Assembly: GCA_951406725.2 (NCBI GenBank)
Contig: OX597823.1
Span: forward strand, 36,518,001-36,582,000
Source of the DNA: Octopus vulgaris
Lineage: Eukaryota
Direction: 5' to 3'
DNA: 64,000 bases
The notes under the pieces are model-generated. The model saw nothing but the letters and a program-made list of their open reading frames with translations. It was not told the DNA's origin and did no database searches. Both the position numbers and the translations under genes were made by a program. This document shows, one piece after another, positions 52,740 through 64,000 of the stretch (position 1 is its first letter; every line of letters starts with the position of its first letter).

Positions 52740-53700
52740 ACCACCACTTTTTAGCAGCAGATTCACTATATTTGAATAGGTATGTGGGTCTTGTCCAGCA
52801 AAATATCATGCATTGCAGTCCATTGTCATGCTCATTAGTATTACATGCCCACTGCAGCATACTTCAATTCTTTCCTTGCCTTTGCAAATCTTTTACATTC
52901 AACCTCTATATCTTCCCACCATGTAACATCACATTATAGGCTCATGCTGTCTCCTCAGAGACGGAAATCCTTTACAACAAGCAGAAATCATTCTCCTCTT
53001 ACCCTGTTCATATTCTAGCTGTTATGTTTTCAGAACACTCACCTCCATTGTTAAATACGTTCCCCAGGGAATCTTCTGGGTATTTAAAGGAATTTATTGA
53101 CTGCCCTTGTGTATCTGCCACATATAAACTTCACCTTATCTATCTGTCTGAGATTCTGCCACATGTTTTGTGTGTTCATAGTTTACATGAGCTACTCTGT
53201 ATTTCTACCTGTATTTTTTCTGCGCATATTAAACATGGTCACTTCCCTCTCTTTTCTTGTTTGTAAAACTTTCTTGATTTTGTTTCCATGTCTGGAATTT
53301 ACTCTTCAAATCTTCTCTAGATTCAGCTGTAAGAACTCAACCATTATCATACAAGAGTTTCCATCAATAGCTGGTCTTAAACTCTTTTGTTGCGGCTCAG
53401 GAGGGACCTCTACCAGCATGCCATGTTAAATTTGTCACAGATTGCATTGCTGACCATTCTCTACATGACTTATATGACTCACAAACCATCCATCCATCTA
53501 ACCCTAGTTTTCGTAGCAATCACTGAACTGCACAATGTAAAATCTTATCTTGTCCAGGTTAACAATTGCTAAGTACTTCCCCTGTAATAGTCTCACAAGA
53601 AAGAAGACATTTGTAGTGCCTCCTAGTGATATAAATCTTAATTACATTTCATGTGTCACAATTCTGCCAAAGTTGAACTAAAAACCAGTTATGTACTGAG
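52740..53700 (-). mobile_element. Highly decayed RTE LINE RT/zinc-finger region
   Basis: Minus strand EFKTSY*WKLLYDNG*VLTAESREDLKSKFQTWKQNQES (LLYADD region), then PCLIC...CKL*THKTC (Cys-rich insert); boundaries approximate. Confidence 0.65.
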
Positions 53701-53964
53701 ATCTATTTAATCAGCTACATTGCCCCCTTAAATTTCTGTCACTTGCAGTTATTTTTGATTTCTTCCCAAACAAAGGGATTCCTTATTTTGTTTTATTTTT
53801 GTCAAATAAGGCTGGGGTGTTTGAAAAGTCAGTTTCCACTGACAATTTCCTGTCAGTGGTTCACGATGCAAGTCATCATCATCTTTAAGGGTGATGACAG
53901 AGATGATATTAATATTGGCAATACACCTTGGTTCTCAATAAAAGAAATTCATTAATATAATCCA

Positions 53965-54350
53965 CAGAGGAGTGGTTGTGTGGTAAGTAGCTTGCTTACC
54001 AACCACATAGTTCCGGGTTCAGTCCCACTGCGTGGAAATTTGGGTAAGTGTCTTCTACTATAGCCTCGGGCTGACCAAAGCCTTGTGAGTGAATTTGGTA
54101 GATGGAAACTGAAAGAAGTCCATCATATATATATATGTATATATATGTGTGTGTGTGTGTTCGTACCCCAACATCGCTTGACAACCGATGCTGGTGTGTT
54201 TACGCTCCCGTAACTTAGCAGTTCGGCAAAAGAGACCGACAGAATAAGTACTAGGTTTACAAACATTAAGTCCTGGGGTCGATTTGCTCGACTAAAGGCA
54301 GTGCTCCAGCATGGCCACAGTCAAATGACTGAAACAACTAAAAGAGTAAA
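53965..54350 (+). mobile_element. Composite octopus-type SINE: tRNA/CORE-like head, internal (TA)(TG) tract, Nin-like tail
   Basis: GGAGTGGTTGTGTGGTAAGTAGCTTGC, GGTTCAGTCCC, ...AAGTACT...GGGGTCGAT...CCAGCATGGCCACAGTC...GAAACAACTAAAAGAGTAAAA. Confidence 0.88.
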
Positions 54351-55927
54351 ATATTGATGATAAAATTTGTTTCTTTTTATACACATGCAAGTGTGCGTGA
54401 ATGCCTATTATATAGCTACAAGAGTATCTATTGAACTCACACATCTCAACAAGACAAGGTAGAATAAATTGCATATAGAATTGTTTTGATATTTTTCAAT
54501 ATTTTTCATGACAACCCACCCACACAAAGTGCAATAAGACAGTTGTTGCTGCTGTGTGGGCAGCAACAGCAACAACAGCAGCAGCTGTATGTTTCCCAAG
54601 TAGATATAAGTGGAAGGATATGGACTGGTTGGTGATATTGAGTGAGGTGGAGGAATGGAAAGCCTGAGAGAGGGAGTGAGTAAGAAAGTGTGTGTCAGGA
54701 AGAGGTTAGTGTGAGTTACGGTAGAAGAGAAGAGTGAGAGGGAAAATGAGAGGTTTTGAGAGATTGTGTGTAGCGAGGAAGGAGGGTAGATCAAGAAACT
54801 GGTCAAGAGTGAAAGTGAGAGAGAAGGCTAAGAGTTAGAGAGGTGTGTGTGATAGAGTGAGAGATGATAGGTTGGAAAGGGACAATAGGTGGGAGTGCTG
54901 TAAAACAGGAGAGGAGAATGGAGTGATGGAAGTAGAAACTGAAAGAAGAATAGAAACTGAAGTGGCGGAGGAAGGGGAGAGACTAGAAAGAGAGGGGAGG
55001 AGGGAGGAAATCATGAAAATAAAATGGTCACAACAAGATGGTTAGTTTTTGGAGGATTTTACTTTTATTTTATATTTTGAGGAGGCGAATAATTAGTTAA
55101 GAAATATCTTCATCTATTTTACTTTCAAAAATTTTTTTTTTGCCGATAATTTATTGAATTCTAAATTTTATAACAAAACATATGCTGAGAGTTGGTTGTG
55201 AAATATCTTTGAATATTTGAGAGAGTTATTTCTCCTTGGTCTACCTGTGTGTGTGTGTGTGTTTGGAAAAAGAGTGCCACCAGCCATGACCTTTGCAAGG
55301 TCATTGGAACTGAAGAGGAACAAGGGGAGCTAGACTAGGTGTGGCAGTAGGAAGCAGCACATCAAAATACTAACACCTGGTCTAAATGTTTTGAGTGGAC
55401 GCTCTTCCAGAAAGACAAAGGACCAGGTAGCTGTGTGAAACTGGGTGATAGATTAGGTCTTACCACCCAAAAAGAATAACAGCCTCCCTGCCAACTCCAA
55501 ACAGCGACATATCTCTTCAATAATAATAATGGTTTCTTATTATTTTCTTAGAAATTTTTATTCTTAATTATAAGAATTAAATTCTAGTTGCGGCTGAGAA
55601 TATACTGTTGTAGTTTCTACATTCTAATTACAAAGAATGAGAATGTATGGTAGGAATTGAACTTATCTTGGACTTGTTAGCTGTATACTCCAATACTATG
55701 GGGATACAATAGTTTAGTTTTGTTGAAATTGCTCCATTTCTGGAGTGATGTTATCACTGAGGATCTGTTCTGGTGAAAACATTACCTTCACATATCTACT
55801 ATTGAACCTCAGTGAGTGACCCTTCTCTTCTGGAGCAGAGCATACTTTGACCCCAATAGTTATTGATGTACACACTTACAAACAAAATTTTTTGATATAC
55901 AATGATTTTATGCCTGCTTTCCATACT

Positions 55928-56313
55928 GGATGGAAGCACTCCGTCAGTTACGACGACAAGGGTTCCGGTTGATCCGAATCAACGGAACAGCCTGCTCGTG
56001 AAATTAACGTGTAAGTGACTGAGCACTCCACAGACACGTGTACCCTTAACGTAGTTCTCGGGGATATTCAGCGTGACACAGAGAGTGACAAGGCCGGCCC
56101 TTTGAAATACAGGTACAACAGAAACAGGAAGTAAGAGTGAGAGAAAGTTGTGGTGAAAGAGTACAGCAGGGATCACCACCATCCCCTGCCGGAGCCTCGT
56201 GGATCTTTAGGTGTTTTCGCTCAATAAACACTCACAACGCCTGGTCTGAGAATCGAAACCGCGATCCTATGACCGCGAGTCCGCTGCCCTGACCACTGGG
56301 CCATTGCGCTCCA
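55928..56313 (-). mobile_element. Full-length young tRNA(Arg-like)-derived SINE with 11-bp TSD
   Basis: Minus head TGGAGCGCAATGGCCCAGTGGTCAGGGCAGCGGACTCGCGG...GGTTTCGATTC; TSD CTTTCCATACT at 55917-55927 and 56314-56324; many intact CpGs. Confidence 0.93.
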
Positions 56314-57265
56314 CTTTCCATACTAGTGTGGTTTGGAAGAGTCATCACACATCTGATTAGTTCTTATTTGGAACTACTTCCCTTCTGGACAGACAAGTAC
56401 TCCACATCTTGCACATATGTTCCATTTTTGGTGTGTGTTGTATAGCTGGATGCCCTTTCTAACACCAACCATTGTATAGAGTGTACTGGGTGTATTGTAT
56501 CATGGTACCACCACTAGAAAAGTTGTCATGTCTTCAAGAGGATAAGTCTAAAGAATACTTTGCACCCTATTTTGACTCTGCTAATTTACCAATCACGTTA
56601 CAATGTATAGTGAGTGCAGTTTATAGTGGAACCAGTTTTAGTGAGGATATCTTGTACCTCAAAGAGAAAAGGTCCATGTTGCCTCCATCCATTCAGTATA
56701 GCATAACCAATAGTGAGTGTAGAGAAGGAGAAACTTGGGTAATAGGGAAATAGAAGTGTGAGTATGATAAAGTGGGGGGTGAAAGAAATAGAATGGCTGG
56801 AAAATGAGTTTAGAGATAGCAAGAAGAATGGGAAAGAGATATTAATAGAGAGGGCTACTAATGGTTGCTAGATGTTTGTTGCTAAAACAGCAAGAGTGGG
56901 AAACAATGAGGGGTAAATTAAAACAAAGCACCACCGTCTTCAAATGGTGTCATGTAAGGGCATGGAAAGAAAACTTTCATGCACACATGCACACATTATG
57001 GCAGGTTTCCATACAGCTTCCATCTGCCAGTTTCATCCATTCTGCCTGCCTGTTCATTTTTGTTTATAACCTATAAAGGGTGTCAAGCGACACCATTGCA
57101 CAACTCTAGTAAACAGACATGGCTGGGTGAAATGTGCATTTGTGACCATGTTGATCTCCATGTAGTTTTGGTATGCATATATATGCATACCATATAGACT
57201 GCATGTTCTCCCCTTCACACATGCTTACTACATCAACATTTAAATGTCTTTCTATGTGAATAATT

Positions 57266-57572
57266 GTGTGTGCATGTGTGAGTATGTCTTTATATATCTA
57301 TAGGTATGTGTGTGTATGTGTGTGTGTGTGTATATATATGTATATATGTATATATATATATATATATAGGTGTGTGTGTGTATGTGTCTATATATGTGTA
57401 TGTATATGTATATATAGTGTGTGAATGTATATGTATATATAGGGGGAGAGTTCATGAAAAAACCAAAGAGAGAAACAAGAAGAGAAGAAAAAATGTGTGT
57501 AGTGGCTACCGATCTATCGTGTGTGTGTGTGCGTATGTATGTATATACACTCACACACACACACACAAATAA

Positions 57573-57605
<33 letters not shown>

Positions 57606-57610
57606 TGTGT
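57266..57610. repeat. Compound (TG)/(TA)/(TATG) microsatellite region
   Basis: Direct reading. Confidence 0.9.
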
Positions 57611-58274
57611 AAATTCACTCTAGTTTGTGAATATGTTGTTCTGTGGAGAAGCACTTTCACATATGGAACAATGTATAAGGTTCACATTTAACAGCTATTT
57701 TGATGCATACTTACAACCTTTCATAGATAAATATACATTTCTACATTCACTGCAAACACTGCACACCTCCAAACAGATGTGTGCACTCTGCTAAACTGTA
57801 TCACCACCTTTCAATGTTGCAGGTTTGTTGATTTGGCATATTTCAGCAGTTTGTGGAAACTGTTCGAGCTTACACTTCTACAAGTGTAACAAGGTTTTCT
57901 TGTCTTTTAATTATTACAAGCTCAAAGTATTGCTCACCTGATTTTATTTTTTATTTTTCCTGTTTTATATTTCAGGTTTCATTTCTCAGTTTCTTCCTGA
58001 CCTTTTGTTTCAGTAAACAGAGTTAGGAGTTAGTATTTTCTCATTTTGACTTTATTTAGCGCAAATGTCCCCCCCCTCTCTCTCTCACCACACACACACA
58101 CACCAAAGTTAGTTGTAAATGAATATTGTTTATAGGAGAATCGGTTAAACTATTGCCTGAAATTTCAAAGGATCTCATGTTTCCTGGTTTTTAAAGGTTT
58201 TTGTGCTTTACAACTGTTATGCGTCTAGCAATGTCATTAACTGTTTTTTTTTTACTGAAGTTCAATATGTGTGT

Positions 58275-58650
58275 AGGCACAGGTATGGCTGTGTGGTTAA
58301 GAAGCTCACTTCCCAACTCAATAGTTTCAGGTTTAATCCCACTAAACAGTAACTTGGGCAAATATCATCTGTAGATCTGAGCTAATGAAAGCCTTGTGAG
58401 GGTATTTGGTAGACAGAATTTGAAAGAAGTTTCTCTCTCTCTCTCCCTCTCTCTATTTGTAGTTTTCTGTTAAAAATGTATCTAGCCATGGGGTAATATT
58501 ACCTTGGTTAGAAATAGATGAGGGTTGGTGACCAGAAGGGCATCCAACTGTAGAAAATCTGTTTCAACAAATTTGGTTTGGCCCATGCAAGCATGGAAAA
58601 GTGGATGTGAAAATGATAATGATGTGTGCATGTGAAAATGATGATGATGT
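58275..58650 (+). mobile_element. tRNA/CORE-like SINE with RTE-derived 3' tail
   Basis: Head GGCACAGGTATGGCTGTGTGGTTAAGAAGC; tail AGAAGGGCATCCAACTGTAGAAA...CCCATGCAAGCATGGAAAAGTGGATGT-(GAT) shared with the RTE LINE. Confidence 0.82.
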
Positions 58651-58819
58651 GTGCATGTGTATTATTTTTTTTTTTTTTAATGTGAAGTTATAAAAACAAT
58701 TTAGCATTAAACTGAGAGATTAATCAAATACTTTTTAGCAGAGTACATATTCATTAATTTTTCTAAGGTAAAGGTTTGATGATTGCTGTATGATAATTAA
58801 ATCTTTATAAGCCTATCAC

Positions 58820-60343
58820 TGCATCTGTTCCCTGTTAGCTATTACAGTTATTTGGCAGTGGCCCTCATTAATTTTCTGGACAAAGGGCCTCTCGCTCAGA
58901 GTAAAAGGTAAACCGTATGATGCATGTGTACGAACAGCCATGCTACATGGCAGTGAAACATGGGCTGTGACTGCTGAGGACATGCGTAAGCTCGCAAGGA
59001 ATGAAGCCAGTATGATCCGATGGATGTGTAATGTCAGTGTGCATACTCGACAGAGTGTAAGTACCTTGAGAGAAATGTTGGACCTAAGAAGCGTCAGATG
59101 TGGTGTGCAAGAGAGACAACTGTGCTGGTATGGTCATGTGGAGAGAATGAATGAGGATAGCTGTGTGAAAAAGTGCCACACCCTATTAAGGGAACTTGTG
59201 ATAGAGGTAGACCAAGGAAGACCTGTGATGAAGTGGTGAAGCATGACCTTCGAACTTTAGGCCTTACCAAGGAAATGACTAGTGACCAAGACTTTTGGAA
59301 ATATGCTGTGCTTGAGAAGATCCGGCAGGCCAAATGAGACCATAACCTCGTGGCCTATGCCAGGGGCGTAACCAGCCCACTTATGCGTACCTTTTCCTTC
59401 TTTGGACACTAAAACTCTGCTTGTATAGACCTGTTGAGGCAAGTGAAATCAAAAGCAAATTTGATGACTGACATCTGTGCTAGCGGGTTGCAAAGAGCAC
59501 CATACGAGTGTGATCGTTGACAGAGCGGCTAACCGGCTTCCGTGCCAGTGGCACATAAACGGCACCATTCAAGTGTGATCATTACCAGTGTCGCCTTACT
59601 GGTACTCGAGCCGCATGCTAGTAGGGTGTTAAGAGCACCATCGGAGCATGATCGTTGCCAGAGTGGCTATCTGGCCTCCATGCCGGTGGCACATAAAAGG
59701 CACCATTCGAGTGTAATCATTACCAGCATCGCCTAACTGGCACCTGTGCCGGTGGCATGTGTAAAAGATTTGAGTGAGGTCATTGCCAGTACTGCCTGAC
59801 TGGCCTCATGCCGGTGGCACGTAAAAAGCACCCACTACACTCTTGGAGTGGTTGGTGTTAGGAAGGGTATCCAGCTGTAGAAACTCTGCCAGATCAAGAT
59901 TGAAGCCTGGTGCAGCCATCTGGTTCGCCAGCCCTCAGTCAAATCATCCAACCCATGCTAGCATGGAAAGCGGACGTTAAACGATGATGATGATCATCAT
60001 CATCATCAATAACGTTTTTGAGCTTATTGGATGAATTCTGGTGTCCTTAATGTTCAAATATTTAGAATATTTTTTTCTCTTTGTTACAGCTGAAACACTC
60101 CTGTCAGAGTCTTTCAATTCCATCTGAATTTCGTGTACAAAAGGATTTGCAATGTTTAAAAAGTTGGCAATTTCTGAATGACTGTGTTCCACATACTTGG
60201 GTACAATGGCTGCATGTCTTTTTATTTCTTGTGTTAACATGTTATCTATCATGGGGGATATGAAAAAAATGAAAACCTTTTAATTTGTTTGAAGAATGTA
60301 ATATACTGATAATTAAGTGTCCTCAAATGCCCCTCATTTCCTG
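58820..60343 (-). mobile_element. Tc1/mariner-family 5' fragment split by the RTE insertion (60343-59995 and 58879-~58820)
   Basis: TA-flanked end at 60343; MLTQEIKRHAAIV...EIANFLNIANPFVHEIQMEL (HTH)...NVIDDD resumes as PRKLMRATAK on the far side of the RTE. Confidence 0.75.
58880..59994 (+). mobile_element. 5'-truncated RTE LINE (ORF C-terminus, repetitive 3' UTR, (GAT)n tail)
   Basis: KGLSLRVKGKPYDACVRTAMLHGSETW...RQLCWYGHVERM...RGRPRKT..EVVKHDLR; tail GGAAAGCGGACGTTAAAC(GAT)4. Confidence 0.95.
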
Positions 60344-63300
60344 TATGTCTTGCAAACTCTCTCACCTACCTAAGTGCTGCCAAGCTCTTCTGGATCTCTA
60401 CTAATATTGCAGAATCTTCTTCCTCTGCCATTCCTCAAGAAAGATGAGTTCTCTTAGTACTTCTGCTGCAAATAAATTCAGTAGATTTGCTCTTTGTTTT
60501 ATTTTTATCTCTACACTCCTCACACACAACACAACTTCTTTAAATTCTGTCAATCTCTCTCATGCAACAAGACCTTACTTTAACCTTCACCTGTCCTACC
60601 ACCATGTACAAACTCTCCTTCAACTTTGTCTGAACTTGATACTGACCACTCCATTGCATTCAAACAATGCTATCTTTAACCACAACCCTCCTCCCACTTG
60701 CTCTCATTCAGTCATGCATGCATTTTCTTTCTTAACACACACACGCGCACAATCTCTCTTTCACTCTTACCCCATGATACATGTTTTATCTCTTTTTCTC
60801 AAGCATACATCCACTCATGAACTCACAGTCCCATGACTTGAATTGTGAAAGAAAAGAAAAGGATCCTGATAGTATTCTGATTCCATATCTAATGATTTTA
60901 TCAAATATAATCCAAGATTTCAGAACAGTATAAATAGAACCAATGTGTGTGGTTGTGGTACCTTAACTAAATGTTTAACAAGTTGGGTTTATGTGTATGA
61001 AGGAATAGAGAAGGCAAGAATACATGTTAGGACAAGTGTTGTTATGGCTGAGACCATTTCTTAAATAAATAAAGATGATGAAATAATAGCACACAGTAAT
61101 ATGTGCACCTTATGTGTACCATTGTTGTGCAGTATATGTTGCAAGAGAGAAGGCAGAAACTCTCTGACAATCGATTAGTTCCACTGCAAAACAAACAGAC
61201 AATTTCATTTCAGTACCCCCACCCTTGTCTCTTGTATAGCTTCAGCATTTGGTTGACATTAAAACATTCTTTTAGAAACTGATTTTACTCAAGATTCTAA
61301 ACCTGATTGCAGCCTACTGCTCCCCAAGTGATGTATGTTGTGTGTTAATCTAAAAAAGTGGAAGGGTCAGAGCTCATAGCACTTCTAAACCATTCCCGGA
61401 AGAGGTGGTGGTGGTGGTGGTGGTGGTGGTGGATCAGTATAATCATTATCAATGTTCTTGGAATTCATAAATGATCGATGAAGTTAGTGTATAACCCCAG
61501 GTCAGCCTTAATTGACCATCTTGTCTTTTTCTTATGTTCAAGGAATAGTTGCATTGTTGTTTTAAGCTGATAGGATATAGTTTGAGGGAGAATTGGCTGC
61601 TGGTTTCAGAACCTATATTAATTTAATTATCTCCTGTATGTGTGTGTGTATGTGTTTTATAGAATGATTTATTTCTTGACAATACAACTCCTTTAAAAAT
61701 GCATTTGTAAACAATTATGTGCCATGACAAACAATGACCTTACTGTCCAACTTGATATAGTAACTGAAAATTATTATTTGTCACAAAACAGAGAGGCTCT
61801 TGATGCTACTTAGTATTTATGACAATAATGATGGATCATCACCAATTTCTTTAAAATGTTTCTGGATTTACTCCTTTGCCAACTACCATATCTTTTGGCA
61901 TATAAGTCAACATAATATATAGTGTAAACATTCAAACATCATCATCATCTTTACAAATCCTGCTGCATTTCGCATGGAATTCTTGGTCCTCCACAGTTGT
62001 CTTGGTGTATAAGTCAATCTACCCTTTTTTGTTGTAAATGTTCGTCTGAAAAATTCAACTTATGTACTGGAAAACACAGTAAAGCATGCTATTGTGCCAT
62101 GGTGGCATTCTCACATGCATTCCTCTGTGTCCCTTATTGTAAACTTGCTTTGTCTGTCACATATTGTTCCTTTTTCTATTTACTTATCCTTATTGACTTG
62201 ATTCTACTTCTCATGTTCTAAACTATGCAGTGGTACTACAGTAACTTTCTTCATCTCTGTTACTCTGTACTCCTCCTCTTACATTTCCTCCTCTTACTTC
62301 CTCTTCTTTAATTTCCATTCAGTTTCCTTTCTTACCATTCAGTTCATTTCTTCATAGCCTTCTCTTTCATGTCACTGCCTCCTCCATCTCAGCCCTTTCT
62401 TTATGTCTCTTCTCTCTTTTTCATTGTCCTTGTCTTCTCATCTCTCTCTCAGCTTCTAGATGCACAAAACATGATTTATTTAACTTCAGAGAAATGTCTC
62501 ATTCTTCTGTTAGTCATTAGGATTGTTTTACTGTCAGCCTATATAAAAAAAAAACAGAAAGGTTTTTCCTGTTGGAATGATCACTAACATTCACTGCAAC
62601 ATTGGTTAAAGGCATGTGGAAGAGGAGGACAGTATTGGTAATGGTGTTGATTGATATTAGAAGGAATGTCTGTAGAATATGAAATGGGAAATGAATGGAT
62701 CACAAACTAATTAAGTATTCAGCTTAGCACTTGATAGGATTTCATTTCTTTTCTTGATGTGGACAGTTAACTAAAGGAAAAAGAAAAAAAATATTGTTAC
62801 AGGGGATGGTCAAACTTGTAAATTAGATACTTACTTGATTGTTGTTGTTTCTATCTTAACTATCAGACAAGAATTTAGCCTAAAAATGCCTGAAGCCATA
62901 GCAACAGTCAGCTGCTTGCTACATTTATCTCATTTTCTTGTATTTTAGATTGAGAAAATATTTCACGGGAGTCTGCTTTAATCTTTCTTTTTTTTTTCTT
63001 TAGTAATAGAATCAGTGATAATGGGCTAAGAAGATCCCACTGTAATGATATTTGTTATTTGGCAAATTCTTACACTCTTGTCTTCACTTTCAACAGAATT
63101 AGTCTTTATTAATATACAGATTAGCTGTCATTCTTAATTGATATATCCAATATCTTAAACATTATCACTAACATATATTATTCACAGATTAAAATTTTCT
63201 TTTTTTTTCTACATTTATAATACTTTGGCCAAAAATAATGCTGATTTTCAGTAAATATGAAAAGTGTGTCCGTGTCCGTCCAGCTGTCTCCAAGAAACTT

Positions 63301-63968
63301 GCTGTGAAATAGGTGATCTGTTACCAATAGTAGACTAGAAATTGAGTCATCTGTATTATTGAGTCTTAACTATTCTTAGGGAACTCTTTGTAGCTTTTCT
63401 GTCTTCATTTAGATTTGGTATATATTTCAGGAATTTTAATTTCATTTCCACTTGGGGCTTGGTGGACCTGTCTTCAAACTGGTAGCTCAAGTAGAAAGGT
63501 GCAGCCTTATTGTCAAAATGTGTTAGGTAGCTATTACCTAAATAACATATTTGCCTACATATTACATACAATACACAAGCTCTACCTACCCTTTTAATTC
63601 ACTGTTACTGAAGGCAATAGATCTCAAAGATACTTTTTGCTTCTCTGTAACTTGGCAATTATCCAACAGTAAAAAATTTCTCCCCTCCCCATTCCAATAA
63701 TGACAGTACTAAGCTTTCTTGTGATATTCATAAAATTAGCAATCCCTTCATTACAGTGTTACAAAAAAAACACATCCTCACACCTTCTTACATCAGGTTT
63801 TGAATTCTGTTATCAATAATTGATTCTATAGATATTGGATTGGTAAGGTAGTTTTTGGTTTAAGCACTTAATCTAAGGAATTCCAAGTAAAACAGTTTAC
63901 CTTTAACTAAATTGAACATTGAATATGGCTGAAAATGAATGTAAATATACTAATGTAATTTAGACTTT

Positions 63969-64000
<32 letters not shown>
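63969..64000. repeat. (CTA)n microsatellite running off the window end
   Basis: Direct reading. Confidence 0.97.

Noticed and set aside
56240-56313. tRNA-Arg-like sequence (also at 6878-6955)
   Set aside because: It is the head of a SINE, continuing into a SINE body with TSDs, and lacks a proper acceptor stem

Overview
AT-rich eukaryotic DNA, almost certainly from an octopus/coleoid cephalopod genome, judged by its tRNA-derived SINE families, RTE LINE with (GAT)n tail and long (TA)n/(TAA)n microsatellites. No intact host gene or full-length ORF is recognisable. The window reads as intronic or intergenic DNA layered with decayed transposons: two mariner transposases, a full-length Tc1 with TIRs and TA TSD, a second Tc1/mariner split by an RTE insertion, a FLYWCH-MULE element with TIRs and TSD, a Helitron N-terminal remnant, an R4/Dong-type endonuclease remnant, several RTE fragments, Penelope-like (PLE) RT and GIY-YIG remnants, piggyBac-type MITEs, a possible solo LTR and many SINEs. 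The most unusual structures are two microsatellite-flanked foldback elements: a ~1.75 kb diverged palindrome at 14.6-16.4 kb with a hammerhead-like core in each arm, and a near-perfect ~320 bp hairpin at 39.2-39.5 kb. Further decayed hammerhead-like cores sit at PLE ends. There is also a template-switch inversion inside a mariner, a strongly strand-biased SINE cluster and a few candidate + strand microexons. All family assignments come from by-eye motif recognition; no searches were run.
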